Below are positions 25,640 through 36,429 of a stretch of 64,000 nucleotides of DNA, piece after piece. Position numbers and translations under genes: made by a program. Source of the stretch: Hemiscyllium ocellatum (taxonomy: Eukaryota); contig NC_083409.1 in assembly GCF_020745735.1 (NCBI RefSeq), forward strand, positions 11,711,052 through 11,775,051, written 5' to 3'. The first letter of the stretch is position 1. Every line of letters begins with the position of its first letter. A model generated the notes under the pieces. It was given only the letters and a program-made list of their open reading frames with translations. It did no database searches and was not told where the DNA came from.

Positions 25640-27090
25640 ATGTCACAGAGTCCTACAGCATGGAGACAGGCCATTTGGACCAAACTGGTCCATGCCAACC
25701 AAAATGTCCATTTACGCTAATCCTGCACTTGGCCCATATCCTTCTGAATCCTTTCCTTTGCTGTATTTGTCCAAATGCCTTTTAAATGTTATTAATGTAC
25801 CCACCTCAACCACTTCCACTGGCAGCTCATTCCATATGCGAACAATCCTATGTGTAAAAAGGTTGCCCCTCAGGTTCCCTTTTATTCTTTCCCCTCTAAC
25901 CTTAAACTGATGCGCTCTAGCTCATATTCGCAAACCTTGGGGAAAAGACAGAGTGAATTCACCCTATCCATGCCTCTCATGATCTTATGAGGTCCTCCCT
26001 CAGTCTCCTACACTCTAAAGAAAAAAGTACTCTCCCTTTAACCCAAACGATTGAATCCTGGCAACATGCTTGCAAATTTCTTCTGCACTCTTTCCAGTTT
26101 AATAACATCCTTCCTGGAACAAGGTGACCAAAACTGAACACAATATTCCAAGTGTGGCTTCACCAGTGTCCTGCATAACTGCAACATAACTTCCCAACAT
26201 CTGTAGTCAATGCCCTGACTGATGAAGGGCACTGCAGAAAAAGCTCTCTTCTCTGCTCTATTTACTGTGACTCCATTTTCAGAGAACTGCTTATCTGAAT
26301 TCTAAGGACCCTCTGTTCCATTATATTCCTTAAGGTCCTATCATTCACCATGAAACTCCTACCTTGCTTTAAATTTCCAAAATACAAGACCTCACATTTG
26401 TCTGTATTAAACTCTATTTGTCATTTCTCGGCCCACTTCCCCAGCTGAGCAAGGTCCTGCTGCAATTTCTGATAACTGTCCGCACTGTCCACAATGCTGC
26501 TTATTTGAGTGTCATCAGCAAACTCACTAACCATGCCTTGTACATTCTCATCCAAAACATTGTTATAGATAACAAACAGCAATGGGCTCAGCACTGACCA
26601 CTGAGGCACTCCACTAGTCACAGGCCTCCAGTACAATAAGGATTCTTCCCCTATTACCCTGTGCTTTCTACCATCAAGCCAATCGTGTATCCAATTTGCC
26701 AGGTCACCTTGGATTCCATGCGATCTAACCTTCCATAACAGCCTACCATGTGGAACCTTATCAAAGGCCTCACTGAAATCCATATAGACCACGTCTACCA
26801 TCCTGCCCTCATCAACCTTCCTGGTAAATTCATCAAAGTACCTTAACAAATTTGTGAGGCATATTCTCCCACTCACAAAGTCATGCTGACAACTCCTAAT
26901 CAAATTCACTCTTTCCAAATGCATGTGTACCTTATCTTATCAAACAACTTACCCACCACAAATGTTAAGCTTATAATTCCCAGGCATTTGTTTCTCAGCC
27001 CTTTTTGAACAATGGCACAATCTTCGCTATCCTCCAGTCTTCTGGCACCTCACCTGTGGCTAACCATGATGCTTAATTATCAGCCAGTAC
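25640..27090 (-). mobile_element. CR1 RT and 3' end
   Basis: ORF 26421-26924 with DVVYMDFSEAFDKVPHGRL...FADDTQI. Confidence 0.9.
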
Positions 27091-27099
27091 ACCTGACCT

Positions 27100-28740
27100 T
27101 CAAGAGAGTTGGGAGCAGAAGTGAGTGGAAAGGGCATCACTAAGGTGGAGGGGTTGAGGCAGCTGAAAGGTCTGAAGGTGGATAAATCATTCAGACCCGA
27201 TGGACTACACTCCAGAGTTCTGATGGAGATAGCTAAGGTAATTGTAGGGCCATTGGCTGTGATCTTTCAGAAATCACTGGAGTCAGGAGTGGTCCCAGAA
27301 GACTGGAAAATAGTGAATGTAACATCCCTGTTTAAGAAAGGAGGGAGGCAGAGATGGGACATTATAAGCTGGTTAGCCTGACCTCGGTCATTGGTAAGAT
27401 TTTAGAGGTCTATCTAAGGGTGAGATTGCAGGTATTTGGAATCTCACCCTTAAGTCTGGTAAAATTGCAGCCTGGCAAAATTGGGCTGAGTCAGCACAGC
27501 TTCATCAAAGGGAGACATGCCTGATAAATCTGTTAGAAATCTTTGAGGAGGTAACAAGTGAGTTAGACAAAGGAGAGCCAGTGGATGTGATCCATTTGGA
27601 TTTCCATCAGGCCTTTGACAGGGTACAATAAAGGAGACTGCTAAGTCAAATCAGAGCCCATGCTGTCAGGAGCAAGGCACTGCGAATTGTAGAGGATTGG
27701 CTGGCCGGCACAAAGGCGAGAGTAGGGACAAAGGGATTTTTTTCTGGATGGCTGGTGGTGCTTTGTGGTGATCCTCAGGGATCTGTGTTGGGACCACAAC
27801 TATTCACATTATCCATTAACAATCTGGATAAGGAACTGAAGATATTGTTCATATGTTTGTAGATGACACAAAAATTGGTGAAAGGACAGGTGGAGTTGAG
27901 GAAGTGGGGGAGATTGCAGAAGGACTTGGTCAGGCTGGGAGAATGTACAAAGAAGTGGCAGGTGGAGTACAATGCGGGGACTTGTGAGGCTAGATACTTT
28001 GGTGGGAAGAATAGAGACACAGAATGTTTTCTAAGTGAGGAAAGATTTCAGAAATCTGAAGCACAAAGAGAATTGGGAGTCCTTGCTCAGGTTTCTCTGA
28101 AGGTTAACGTGCAGGTTCACCATTGGCTGTTTGAAAGGCAGTTACAATGTTAGCATTAACTTTAACGTCAGAGGTGTACTGCTGAGTTTGTATAAGTCTG
28201 TAATCAGACCACATTTGGAATTTTGGTCTCCTTATTAAGGAAGGATGTGCTGTCATTGGAGAGGGTCCAGAGGAAAAAGAGAGAAAGAATAAGAATACTC
28301 CTGGGAATGAAGGGGTGTCATATAAAGAGTGGTTGAGGATTCTGGATCTGTATAACAATTGTGTTTAGAAAGATGACGGAGGAATCTTATTGAAACTACA
28401 GAATATTGAGAGGCCTGGAGAACATGGAGAAGGTGTTTCCACGAATAGAAGAAACTTGGGCCCGAAGGCAAAGCCTCAGAGTGAAGAATGATCCGTCAGA
28501 ACTGAGGTAAGGAGGCATTTCTTCAGCCACAGGGTGGTGAATCTGCGGAACTCATTGTCACAGAGGTCTATGGATGCCAAGATGTTGAGAGTATTTAAAA
28601 CAGAGACAGATCGGTTCTTGATCAGTAAGGAGATCAAAAGTTAAAAGGAGAATGGGGTTGAGAAACACATCACACAAGATCAAATGGCAGAGCAGACGCT
28701 CTTCTGACTGGCCCAATTCTGCTCCTATATCTTAAGTATT
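27100..28740 (+). mobile_element. CR1 RT and 3' end
   Basis: PDGLHSRVLME...PEDWKIVNVTSLFKKG and further RT motifs, degraded. Confidence 0.88.
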
Positions 28741-28784
28741 TTGGGTTTATGTAGAGGTTCCTTGAATCCCTGGAAAACTGGAAG

Positions 28785-29120
28785 TACGGTCACTTAGTGG
28801 TTAGCCCTGCTGCCTCACAGCGCTATGGACCCAGGTTTGATTGTAGCCTCGGGCGTCTGTCTGTGTGGAGTTTGCATGTTCTCCCTGTGCCTGTGTGGGT
28901 TTCCTCCGGGTGCTCTGGCTTCCTCCCACAGTCCAAAGCTGTGCAGGTTCGGTGAATTGGCCATGCTAAATTGCCCATAGTGCAGGTTAGGTACATTAGT
29001 CAGGAGTAAATGTAGGTTAAAAAGGTAGGGGAATGGGTCTGGGTGGGTTACTGTTCGGAGGGTCAGCGTGGACTTGTTGGACCAAATGGCCTGTTTCCAT
29101 ACTGTAGGAATTCTATGATT
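28785..29120 (+). mobile_element. HE1-type SINE
   Basis: Same body as 13346-13651. Confidence 0.88.
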
Positions 29121-29249
29121 GTATGGACATTGAAAGTACTGGATTGTGGGCCCTGCTGTTGCTGTTTCTCAAAAGTACTTTGACAAAAGATAATCAGGGA
29201 GTGGTGAGAGTGAGCATCAGGTTGCATGAGGGAATTGCTTGTCCTGCTT

Positions 29250-30890
29250 CCTGGAATACCATGAGTACAGGAAGTGTGGTCAGTGACAGCAGTTGCAACT
29301 CTGGGTTTCGGAGCTTCAGCAGCAGCTGGTGTCAGTGAGGAACGTCCGTGAGGCTGAGAGCTCCGTAGAGAGCACGTTTCTAGATGTGGTCACTCTGCAG
29401 TTTCAGAGTATGCAGGGAGAGAGGGAATGGGGAGCAGCAGACAGTCCAAAAGGACCAGGCAGCTAGTACAGGAATCCCATGAGTGCATCCCACTCTCCAA
29501 CCAGGATTCAGTTTGGAATCCTGATCAGAATGATGGTTCATCTGGGCAGTGCAGCCAGAGCCAAGTCCCTGCCACCATGGGGGGCTCAGCTGTACACGGG
29601 GGGCACAAGGAAGACTGGAAGAGCAATAGTGAGAGGAGATTCGAGAGTGAGGGCATCAATAGGTGTTTCTGCAGCTGCAGATGGGAATCCAGGATGGTGT
29701 GTTGTCTCCCTGGTGCCAGGGTGAAGGATGTCACTGAGCGACTGCAGAGCACCCTGAGGGGAGAGGGGGAACAGGCAGCAGTCGTGGTCCACATCGGTCC
29801 CAGTGACAGTGGGAGAAAAGGGATGTGGTCCTCCAGTCAGAATTTAGGGAGTTCCAGAGGGAATTAGCAGCAGGAGCTCAAAAGTAGGAATCTCCAAGAT
29901 TACCCCCAGTGCCCCACACAACTGAGAATAGAAAGAGGAGGATAGCACAGGTGACGGTGGAACTGAAAAGACAGTCCAGGAGGAAGGGCTTTCGATTATT
30001 TTAACATTGGGACTGGCTTTGGGGGGAGATGGACATGTACAGACCAGACGGGTTGCTCCTGAACAGACCTGGGACTGAGTTCCTTTGGGGTGATTTACTC
30101 GTGCTGTTGGAGAGGGTTTAAACTATCTTGGCCTGTGGGATCCAGGAGCTAATACCAGAGAGGAACACAGAGGTGCACAGAATCCTGGGAGAGATAGATA
30201 GCACCAGAATAATGAATAGAACTTCTTACCCAGTTTCAGAGTGAGGGAGAGAGAGTAATAAATTCTAAATCAGGGTCACTGTGTAAGGATGGGACTGCAC
30301 GGAGTGTTGGGAATAAGACTGGGAAGGTACAGCCACAGAGTGTTAAGTGGAAATCTGATGTGTGTCTCTCACATAGGAAGATAAGATAATAAGAACATTA
30401 GAAATAGGAGCAGGAGTGGGCTATCTGACCCATCGAGGATGAGGAACGTGAGTTATGAAGATAGACTGAAGACGTTGGGACTGTTTTCCTCAGAGAAGAG
30501 AAGGCAGAGAGGAGATTTGATCGAGAAATTCAAAATCAGGAGGGGTCTGAACAGAGTAAACCAGGAGAAAATGTTCCCACCTGAGAAAGAATTGAGAGGG
30601 AGAGGCCATGGATTGAAAATAATTGGTAAAAGAGGCGAAAGTGAGATGGGGGAAAAACATTTTCAGCCAGTGGGTGGTTAAGGTGTGGAATGCACTGCCT
30701 GAGAGTGTGGTGGAGGCAGCTTCAATTGAAACATTCTGAAGGGAATGAGACTGTTATTCAAAAAGGAACAATGTGCAGGGTGACAGGGAGAAGGCAGGAG
30801 AATGACACTCAGTGAATTGCTCATTCAGAGAGCCGGTCCAGACAGGATGAGTTGAATGGCCTCCTTGTGCACTGAAACGATTCTGTGATT
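29250..30890 (+). mobile_element. CR1 ORF1 (zinc-finger/coiled-coil plus SGNH esterase) with a 3'-end fragment
   Basis: RMVCCLPGARVKDV...VVVHIGPSD (ORF 29427-29867), then EKRRQRGDLIE (30439-30681). Confidence 0.82.
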
Positions 30891-30943
30891 GTGTGATTGA
30901 GCAGAGTTAAAGCTGGGGGAGGTGGGAGCTCGGTGTCTCACTG

Positions 30944-30978
<35 letters not shown>
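30944..30978 (+). repeat. (CTG)11-12 trinucleotide repeat in the J-C intron
   Basis: Direct reading. Confidence 0.97.
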
Positions 30979-31339
30979 AGGTCAGTGAGATCAGAGACTG
31001 GGACAGGGAGCCAGAGCTCACATCAAACTCTGCCCCGTGTCCGTCACACTGAGACTGGCAGGAGGCTACTCACTGATTTCACTCCATGCTGCAGGAATGG
31101 GACCACAGGCTGCAAATGGACAGAGCTCCTCCGCACGGTGAGTAAAACTGACTGACTTATATCTTGCTGCTTAAGCAGGGCAATAGGACGACAGAAATAC
31201 AGCTGTACACCCTGTTAGATACAGTGCTCCTCAATCATTCACTGCAGCTCCCCACTAACACCTGCATCAATTCAGCATTTGTGATTTAGGAAGTTTCAGT
31301 ATTGAAAGGGTTAATAACGGAGGATTGAGGTTTACTTAC

Positions 31340-31374
31340 TCAGTCTGAGCTTGGTTCCTTTACCGAACGTAAGC
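31340..31374 (-). CDS. IGKJ: Ig light chain J segment, LTFGKGTKLRL
   Basis: FGxG motif, abuts the 23-RSS heptamer, phase-1 donor A|GTAAGT. Confidence 0.97.
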
Positions 31375-31413
31375 CACAGTGAGAGCTCCCAGTGTAGAAG
31401 CTGTACAAAAACC
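31375..31413 (+). other. J recombination signal sequence, 23-bp spacer
   Basis: CACAGTG-AGAGCTCCCAGTGTAGAAGCTGT-ACAAAAACC read on +, facing the V RSS, so joining is deletional. Confidence 0.97.
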
Positions 31414-31821
31414 TCAGCTCTCTGCTTCCCTCTGTCACTCTCACCCTCTCCCTATTTCCCAGTCTGTCGGTCACTCTCACCCTCTTTTTGCCCCTATCAG
31501 TCTCTCCCTCATTCATGTGTCTTTCTGTCTCTGCCTCTGGGTTGTGAACTTTATTTTTTGTTGTTAAATCTTGCAGCTGTTCTTCACATGTGGCCATGCA
31601 GTGGAAGGGGGAAACCTGAGGCCTTCAGTGAGCGTTGAGACACCACAGAGACTGGAGTGTGTCGTGGACAGTGACAATCCCAGCATGGGGTAATTTGTTC
31701 AGTTTCATTTAGATCTAACTGTGGGATATGACAGTTCAGGCGGTGGGACTGTGTGTCCATTATTATGCATTTTATATAACCGTGGATGTGTCAGTACAGG
31801 AGGTGATTCTGTGTGCTTTGA

Positions 31822-31849
31822 GGTTTTTGTACAGCTCTGTATCACTGTG
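31822..31849 (-). other. V recombination signal sequence, 12-bp spacer
   Basis: CACAGTG-ATACAGAGCTGT-ACAAAAACC with perfect heptamer and nonamer. V12/J23 is the kappa configuration. Confidence 0.97.
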
Positions 31850-32148
31850 TAGAGGGTAGCTGCTATACTGCATACAGTAATAGTCAGCGACATCCTCATT
31901 CTGAACGTTGCTGATTTTCAGGGTGAAACTGGTCCCTGATCCACTGCCGGTGAATCGATCCGAGACTCCTGTGAATTGATTTGTTGCAGCATAGATCAGG
32001 AGAGAGGGTTTCTGACCTTCTTGCTGCTGGTACCAGGAAAGCTCATTGCTAACAGATTGACTGGCCGTACAGGTGATGGTTGCAGTCTGGCCCCGTCCCA
32101 CTGACAGCACCGGGGGAGACTGAGTCATGATGATGTCCCCACTGATAC
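31850..32148 (-). CDS. IGKV: Ig kappa-type V exon (shark NS4/type III-like), intact and unrearranged
   Basis: Acceptor CCCTCAG|GT. Translates (G)[26 protein letters not shown]...WYQQ...[33 protein letters not shown] with both Cys and the Trp conserved, no stops, and is directly followed by an RSS. Confidence 0.97.
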
Positions 32149-32334
32149 CTGAGGGATCAGAGAGAAACACAGTGAAGTCAGAACTGTCACACAAAGAGCC
32201 GGTCAAATGAGAGATTGTTGGAGACACTGAGCATTCCTCTGATTTCAGCATTTTCCCTTCAATCACAAGTCAGTGGAATTGGAGTCAAATGGAGAGCAGC
32301 TAAAGATTCAAGGTGGAAGGAGAGAGATTTGTAC

Positions 32335-32383
32335 CTGCGACACAGAATGCCAGGGGCCAGATTAACTGGATGCGTGAAATCAT
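32335..32383 (-). CDS. IGKV: Ig kappa-type light chain leader exon, MISRIQLIWPLAFCVA(G)
   Basis: ATG at 32383, hydrophobic signal peptide, phase-1 donor GCAG|GTACAA; 186-bp intron to the V exon. Confidence 0.95.
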
Positions 32384-32440
32384 GGTGTGTGCTCTTGTCC
32401 CTGTGCCTGGTTTCTGATAAACTCTCCCTTCATTGGGCTC

Positions 32441-32505
32441 TGCTTTATAAAGCTGCAGCCTGTGAGAGTCTGACTGGGTGTTCCTCAGTATGTAAATGGC
32501 ATCTG
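32441..32505 (-). promoter_or_regulatory. V promoter: TATA-like TTTATAAA, variant octamer ATTTACAT (32490-32497), E-box CAGATG (32500-32505)
   Basis: Order and spacing upstream of the leader ATG match Ig light-chain promoter architecture. The octamer has one mismatch to ATTTGCAT. Confidence 0.65.
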
Positions 32506-32569
32506 GCAGAGAGAGCCACGTCAGCCCCTCACACTTCCTCTTCTCACTCTCTCTTTGTCTCAGAGAGTG

Positions 32570-33510
32570 ATTGATGTGAACAGCACTGAATGAGGCCATT
32601 TGACCCATTGTGTCTATGCTGGTAAACAAAGATCTGATGACACTCATCCCATCCTCCAGCTCTTGGCCCATTACCCTGGGGTTACAGCAACACAAGGGAA
32701 TATCTAAACACTGCTCCAATGTCACAAGAGTTTGTGACTCAACCAGCCTTTCAGGCAGTGAGTTCCAGACTCCCACCACCCTCTGGTTGAAAACATTTCT
32801 CCTCAATTCTCCTCTCACTCTGCAACTCAACTGGGCCTGGAGTCACTCGAGTTTAGAAGGATGAGAGGGGATCTGATTGAAACATATAAAATTGTAACAG
32901 GGCTGGGCAGGGAGGAGGTTTCCCCTGGTTGGGGAGTCTGGAACCAGGGGACACAGGCTCAGGGGGATACAGGGTAGACCATTTAGGACTGAGATGAGGA
33001 AACATTTCTACACTCAGAGGATGGTCAACCTGATGAATTCTCTACCACAAACGGCTGTGGAGGACAAGGAACTGAATATATTCAAGAAAAAAGAGAGTTG
33101 TTTTGCATTTTAACAGCATGAAGGAAATAGGGAGAAAGCAGCAACACAGCATTGAGAGAGAGGGTCAGCCATGATCATACTGAATGACACACAAGACTCA
33201 AAGGGCCGAATGGCCTGCTCCTGCTCCAAGTTTCTATGTGTCCATGTCTGTGTTACCTTCAATCTCTGTCCCTGGTTATTGAGTCCTTTACTCTTGTATA
33301 AAGTACCTTCCTATGCAACATATCACTGCCAACAATTATCTTATACCTCTCTATCAGGTCCCTCTCAACCTTCAATGCTCCGAGGAAAACAGCCCCAACC
33401 TTTCCAATCTTTCCTCATAGCTGACCCTTCATCCCAGGCAGAATCCTGGGAAATCTCCTCTGCCCCCTCTCAAGTACAATCACATCCTTCCCAGAATGTG
33501 GTGACCAGGA
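32570..33510. mobile_element. Cluster of short CR1 3'-end fragments on both strands, just upstream of the V promoter
   Basis: NVFNQRVVGVWNSLP (-), TTTAGGACTGAGATGAGG (+) and further tail pieces. Confidence 0.7.
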
Positions 33511-33850
33511 CCTCTCTCTCTCTCTCTCTTTTCCCCTTTCTGTCTCACATCTGCTACTTTGATCTCTCTACATCTATCTCTCTCTCCCACTGTTAATCTC
33601 TCTCATATTCCCTCTCTCTCACTCTGTCTCATAGCCACTCTCTCCAACTCACTCACCCTTCCTCACTCTGTATCATAATCTTTCTCTGTCTCTCACTGCC
33701 TCCGTCACTTGCTCCATCTCTCACTTCAATCGAAAGCCTGCAAATGTTATCTCCCCCTCTCTATTTCTCCCTCTGTCTCTCCCTCCTTGTCCGCATCCCA
33801 CTTGACCTCTATTTCTCTTTCTCTGTCTCACTTCTCTCTCTTTCTCAGTG
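33510..33850 (+). repeat. CT-rich low-complexity tract
   Basis: Direct reading. Confidence 0.9.
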
Positions 33851-34319
33851 TCCCAGGTGGTGACAGTTGAATTCAGGATAAATCTCTCTCTGCTCTGCCC
33901 GACAAATGGATGTTAACCCTTTACCCCAGAAGCATGTCTTCTCCTGGAGTAAAGGCCCATTTCCACATTGACCAGGTTTTGGTATCTCTCAGGAAGATGG
34001 ACAGATTCTTGTTAAATGAAGGGCAGTTCTGTGCTGTTGGTCTATTCTCACTGGGGACTGGTTTGGACACAAACCTCATTCCATGAAGGCCCAGCAGAGA
34101 GAGGAGATCCTCAGGCCATCAGTGTGAGCTGGAGGGACAGAACAGGCTCTGACCCACTGACCCATCCTGTCCATTCACAACATGTTCCAATCCCTTCCCC
34201 TCTCCTTCCCCTTCCATGGTCAGTCTCTGAGTCAGTTGGACCATCACACATGTACAACAGAAAGGAACTGAACCCCACACCCACCATGGTGTCCACGATG
34301 CACTGGACTCTCCAACAGA

Positions 34320-34590
34320 TTCCAGTCAACATGGACATCAGTTCCCGAGAGTGCCCCATAGAGAGACATGGGCCTCCTTTCCAATGAGCTCCCAAATAGA
34401 GACCAGTAAACATGGGCATCATTCCTGCTTGAGCCTCCGATAAAGACCAGTACATATTGGCCTCCTTCCTAATAGACTCACCAAAGAAGACCAGTAAACA
34501 TGGACCTCCTTCTGACTGGATACTCCAAGAAGACCAGGAAATGTGGGCCTCCTATTCAGTTGTCCTTCTAATGGAGACCAGTGGATAGTT
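34320..34590 (+). repeat. Degenerate 44-bp minisatellite, resuming at about 35805-35870
   Basis: GACCAG unit starts at 34401, 34445, 34489, 34532 and 34576. Confidence 0.85.
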
Positions 34591-35805
34591 GAGTTTTTGA
34601 AGAAATAGATAGATTAAGATAGATCAGTACACATCGTCGACAAGGACTTTAGCAAGGCCTTAGACAAGGTTCCCCATTGTAGACTGCTTAGTAAGATTAT
34701 ATCACAGAGGATCCAGGTAGAGCTAACTAATTAAATATAAAATGGGCCTAATGGTAGGAGGCCGAGGCTGGTGAGAGAGGGTTGTTCTTCAGACTGGAGG
34801 CTAGTGACCAGCTGTCTGCCACAAGAATCGATCCTGGATCCACTGTTGTTCATCATTTATATGAACAATTTGTATGAGAAAATAGCAGGAATGGTCAGTA
34901 AGTTTGTGGCATCGTTAACAGGGAAGAAGGTTATCTAAGAATGCAATGTCATCTTCATCAACTGGACCAGTGGATCAACAAATCCAGATGGAGTTTAATT
35001 TCGATAAATGCAAGGAGTTGCATTTTGGTAAGACCAACCAGGGCAGGAATTGCACAATTAATGGTGGAGCCATGGGGAGTGTTGTTGAACAGAGAGACTG
35101 AGGGGTACAGGTACATAGTTCCTTGAAAGTGGTGTCACAGGTAGACAGGATGGTGAAGAAGGTATTTGGCACGTGCACATTCACTGGTCAAAGCAGGGAG
35201 TACAGGAGCTGGGACATCATGTTACAGCTGTACAAGGCATTGGTAAGGCCACATGTGGACACTGTGTACATTCCTGCTCACCCTTCTATAGGAAGGAAGT
35301 TATTACACTGGTTTGGATAAAAGAAAGATTAACAGGGATGTTACCAAGGTTGGTGAGTTTGAATTATAAGGCGAGGATGGATTGGCCGAGAGATTTTTCC
35401 AGTGAATGCAGGAGATTGAGGGGTGACCTTAGACAGGTTTATAGAACCATTAGGGCCATGGATAAGGTGATTAGCCAAAGTTTTTTTCCCCCCAGGGTAG
35501 GAGAGTCCAGTATGAGAAGGAATAGATTTAAGTTGAGAGGGGAAAGAATTAGAAGGGCCCTGAGAGACAACCTTTTCACACAGAGGATGGTGTGTATGTG
35601 TAATAAGCTGCCACAGGAAGTGGTAGAGGTGAGTACAATTATTACATTTCAAGGACATTTTTACAGGAACATGGATAGGAAGGATTTAGAGAGGATTGGG
35701 CCAAACGCATGCAGATGGAACTAGTTCAGTTTTGGAAACTTGGTCGACATGGATGAGTTGAGCTGAAGGGCCTGCTGCCACGCTGTAAACCTCTATGGCT
35801 CTATG
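34590..35805 (+). mobile_element. CR1 RT 3' fragment inserted into the minisatellite
   Basis: KALDKVPH and LYKALVRPH motifs; CTCTATG tail. Confidence 0.85.
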
Positions 35806-36429
35806 ATGATGTAAACATGGGGCACCTTCCCATGGGACCAGTCAACATGGGCCTCCTTCCCATTGTATTGTCCAGTACCTGAGCTGCAAACCCCACATCT
35901 TGTCCATTACGTAGGTCTCTTATTTCAATCTGCACAACATTGTTTGTCTCTGCACTACCTCAGCCTCTTGACCACCGAAACCCCAATTCCTGCACATCCC
36001 ACCTCCTGACTCTATGATGTCAATGTCCTCTCCCAGCTTCCTGAAGCCACATTCCATAAACCCCAACTTGTCTGATATGGAGTGGTCCCTTCCCTGTCTT
36101 ACAACTACAGTTGTTCCAGAATCTGACCTCACTGCCAGCCAATTGCCTCCATAGCCTCCCTCCTCCCTCACTCTGTGTCCTGCTGTAGACTCACATTCCC
36201 TCCCTCCCCCTTCCACCTTCTGTCTCTGGTCTCCTACCCATTGCTGCTTCCTCCATCCCACCATTGACAGCAGAGCCTTCAGACCCCGAGAGTATCCTTT
36301 CTGCCTTCCTGCCCTTCATCCCTCCCTCTCTCGTTGTTTGTGCTATTGAATATACTGTTCAGTTCCATCACTTTTGGTTCGCTGTTCCCTTGCCATTGAT
36401 TTGCTGATTTATTCTGGTAAATCTAGACT

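Noticed and set aside
30939-30945. Lone heptamer in the J-C intron resembling the mammalian intronic target of the kappa-deleting element
   Set aside because: No nonamer at 12 or 23 bp, about one such 7-mer is expected by chance per 10 kb, and I found no RSS with a proper nonamer downstream of C (heptamers near 12888, 17089, 17661, 19106 and 19541 all lack one).
30922-31155. Plus-strand ORF that looks like a signal peptide (poly-Leu) followed by a GTGAGT donor-like site
   Set aside because: The poly-Leu is simply the (CTG)n repeat, the start codon is GTG, it is antisense within the J-C intron, and no downstream exon is evident.
32168-32200. Perfect CACAGTG in the leader intron followed by ACAAAGAGC
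   Set aside because: The spacer would be 16 bp and the nonamer is poor, so it breaks the 12/23 rule.
34320-34590. CRISPR-like repeat-spacer periodicity
   Set aside because: Vertebrate DNA, degenerate units with related inter-unit sequence and no cas genes; it is a minisatellite.
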